Origin: Octopus bimaculoides
Lineage: Eukaryota
Direction: 5' to 3'
NCBI RefSeq assembly: GCF_001194135.2
Contig: NC_068999.1
Coordinates: 35,392,963-35,428,553, forward strand
DNA: 35,591 nucleotides
The notes below the pieces were generated by a model that saw nothing but the letters and a program-made list of their open reading frames with translations, was not told where the DNA came from and did not search any database. Positions 34,450 through 35,591 of the stretch are shown here, one piece after another; the stretch's first letter is position 1, and each line of letters starts with the position of its first letter. Made by a program: the position numbers and the translations under genes.

Positions 34450-34944
34450 GACGGTTTTGGCGGTAGTGGCTGTGATATTCATGTTTCTAAGTTTTACTTG
34501 TTGTTGTTGTTGTTGTTGTCGTCACCAACATTTTTGACGTTACTTAGAGACGAAACAGTATTCGCCTGGGTGACGTCATTAAGTTTAGGCCATATTATAG
34601 TTTTGTTCTCATTTTTCTCCGACGAGGAACGCGTTCCTTTGTCGAACATTATGATGGCTTGTATATCAGCCATCTTTAACTGGATAATGAAAACAGCAAA
34701 ATATTTTTTTCCGAAAGTTTTTTAGACTTAAATAACTTTGATGGGCACCCTCTTCAAAACGGTGTGTTTCTACACAAAAATACTATAGGTGCCGTCCAGA
34801 CAATCTCAGAAATGTAATGGTAACAATAAAAGGAAAACATGGGGTTTTAGAAGGCCGAACAGATTACGAACACTATTTCTACCTATGGTGCTCCAAATTT
34901 CCGTGACTTTACAGTATGGCAGCAATATTAATAATAATGCTTCT

Positions 34945-35120
34945 ATTTTGAGGAAGCGAGTCAGTCGATTCAATCGGCCCCAGTACGCAACTGGTAAGTA
35001 ATTTATCGACCCCGAAAGGTAAAGTCGATCTCGATGGAATTTGAACTCAGAAGATAGCGGCAGGTGAAATACCGCAAAGCATTTCGTCCGGCGTGCTAAC
35101 GATTCTGCCAACTCGCCGCC
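34945..35120 (-). mobile_element. SINE family A
   Basis: ggcggcgagttggcagaatcgttagcacgccgg head, GAGTTCAAATTCC B box. Confidence 0.85.
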
Positions 35121-35150
35121 TTATATATTATATTAATAATGATAATAATT

Positions 35151-35352
35151 CTTCCTACTAAAGGCACAACACCTGAAATTTGTGGGGAGGGGACTAGTCG
35201 ATTGCATCGAGCCTAATTTTTCACTGGTATCTACTCCGAAAAGATAAAAGGCAAAGTGGACCTCAGCGGAATTTGAACTCAGAACGTAATGGCAGACTTA
35301 ATGCCGTTAAGCATTTTGCTCAGTGTACTAACGCTTCTGCCAGCTCGCTGCC
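35151..35352 (-). mobile_element. SINE family A
   Basis: ggcagcgagctggcagaagcgttag head, aaaggcaaagtggacc core, ttgtgcctttagtaggaag tail. Confidence 0.85.
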
Positions 35353-35591
35353 TAAGAATAAACAGGAAAGTATTAGATGGCTAAAGAGAATGGATAGCAT
35401 GGTACCGTAGGCTGCAGGTAGTAAGCCCGCTACGCATGTAAGACTCCAGGAGCTACAACAAAACCTGTGATAAAGAGAAAATAATAATAATAATAATGAT
35501 AATAATAATAATAAAAGGCTTTCGACAGTGTTCCCCACACGTGGATTCTGGAAACACTAGCCATAAACAAGGTGGCACCAATTACCATAAA

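Overview
Eukaryotic, repeat-rich short-read scaffold. About 4.5 kb (~13%) is N, in 13 gaps. The dense di/trinucleotide microsatellites and the SINE/LINE families present point to a cephalopod, probably Octopus; this is inferred from repeat content and not confirmed by a search. I cannot support any complete protein-coding gene, rRNA, true tRNA or CRISPR array. Most ORFs in the track are artefacts of N-runs or simple repeats. Recognisable content: a dead mariner (D,D34D) transposase; the 3' end of an RLE-type non-LTR retrotransposon; an L1/Tx1-like ORF1 plus the start of ORF2; a hAT (GTF2IRD2/Buster-like) C-terminal fragment; about 25 copies or fragments of three tRNA-derived SINE families (my labels A, B, C); and a 558-bp element embedded in an (ATT)n array. 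Best-supported oddities: two contigs at 18.7-20.4 kb appear to be in swapped order, a diverged inverted repeat encloses a perfect 98-bp palindrome, and the SINE families share modules. Several small exon candidates and a YY1/ETS promoter-like island are speculative. I see no strong evidence for a wholly new biological system.
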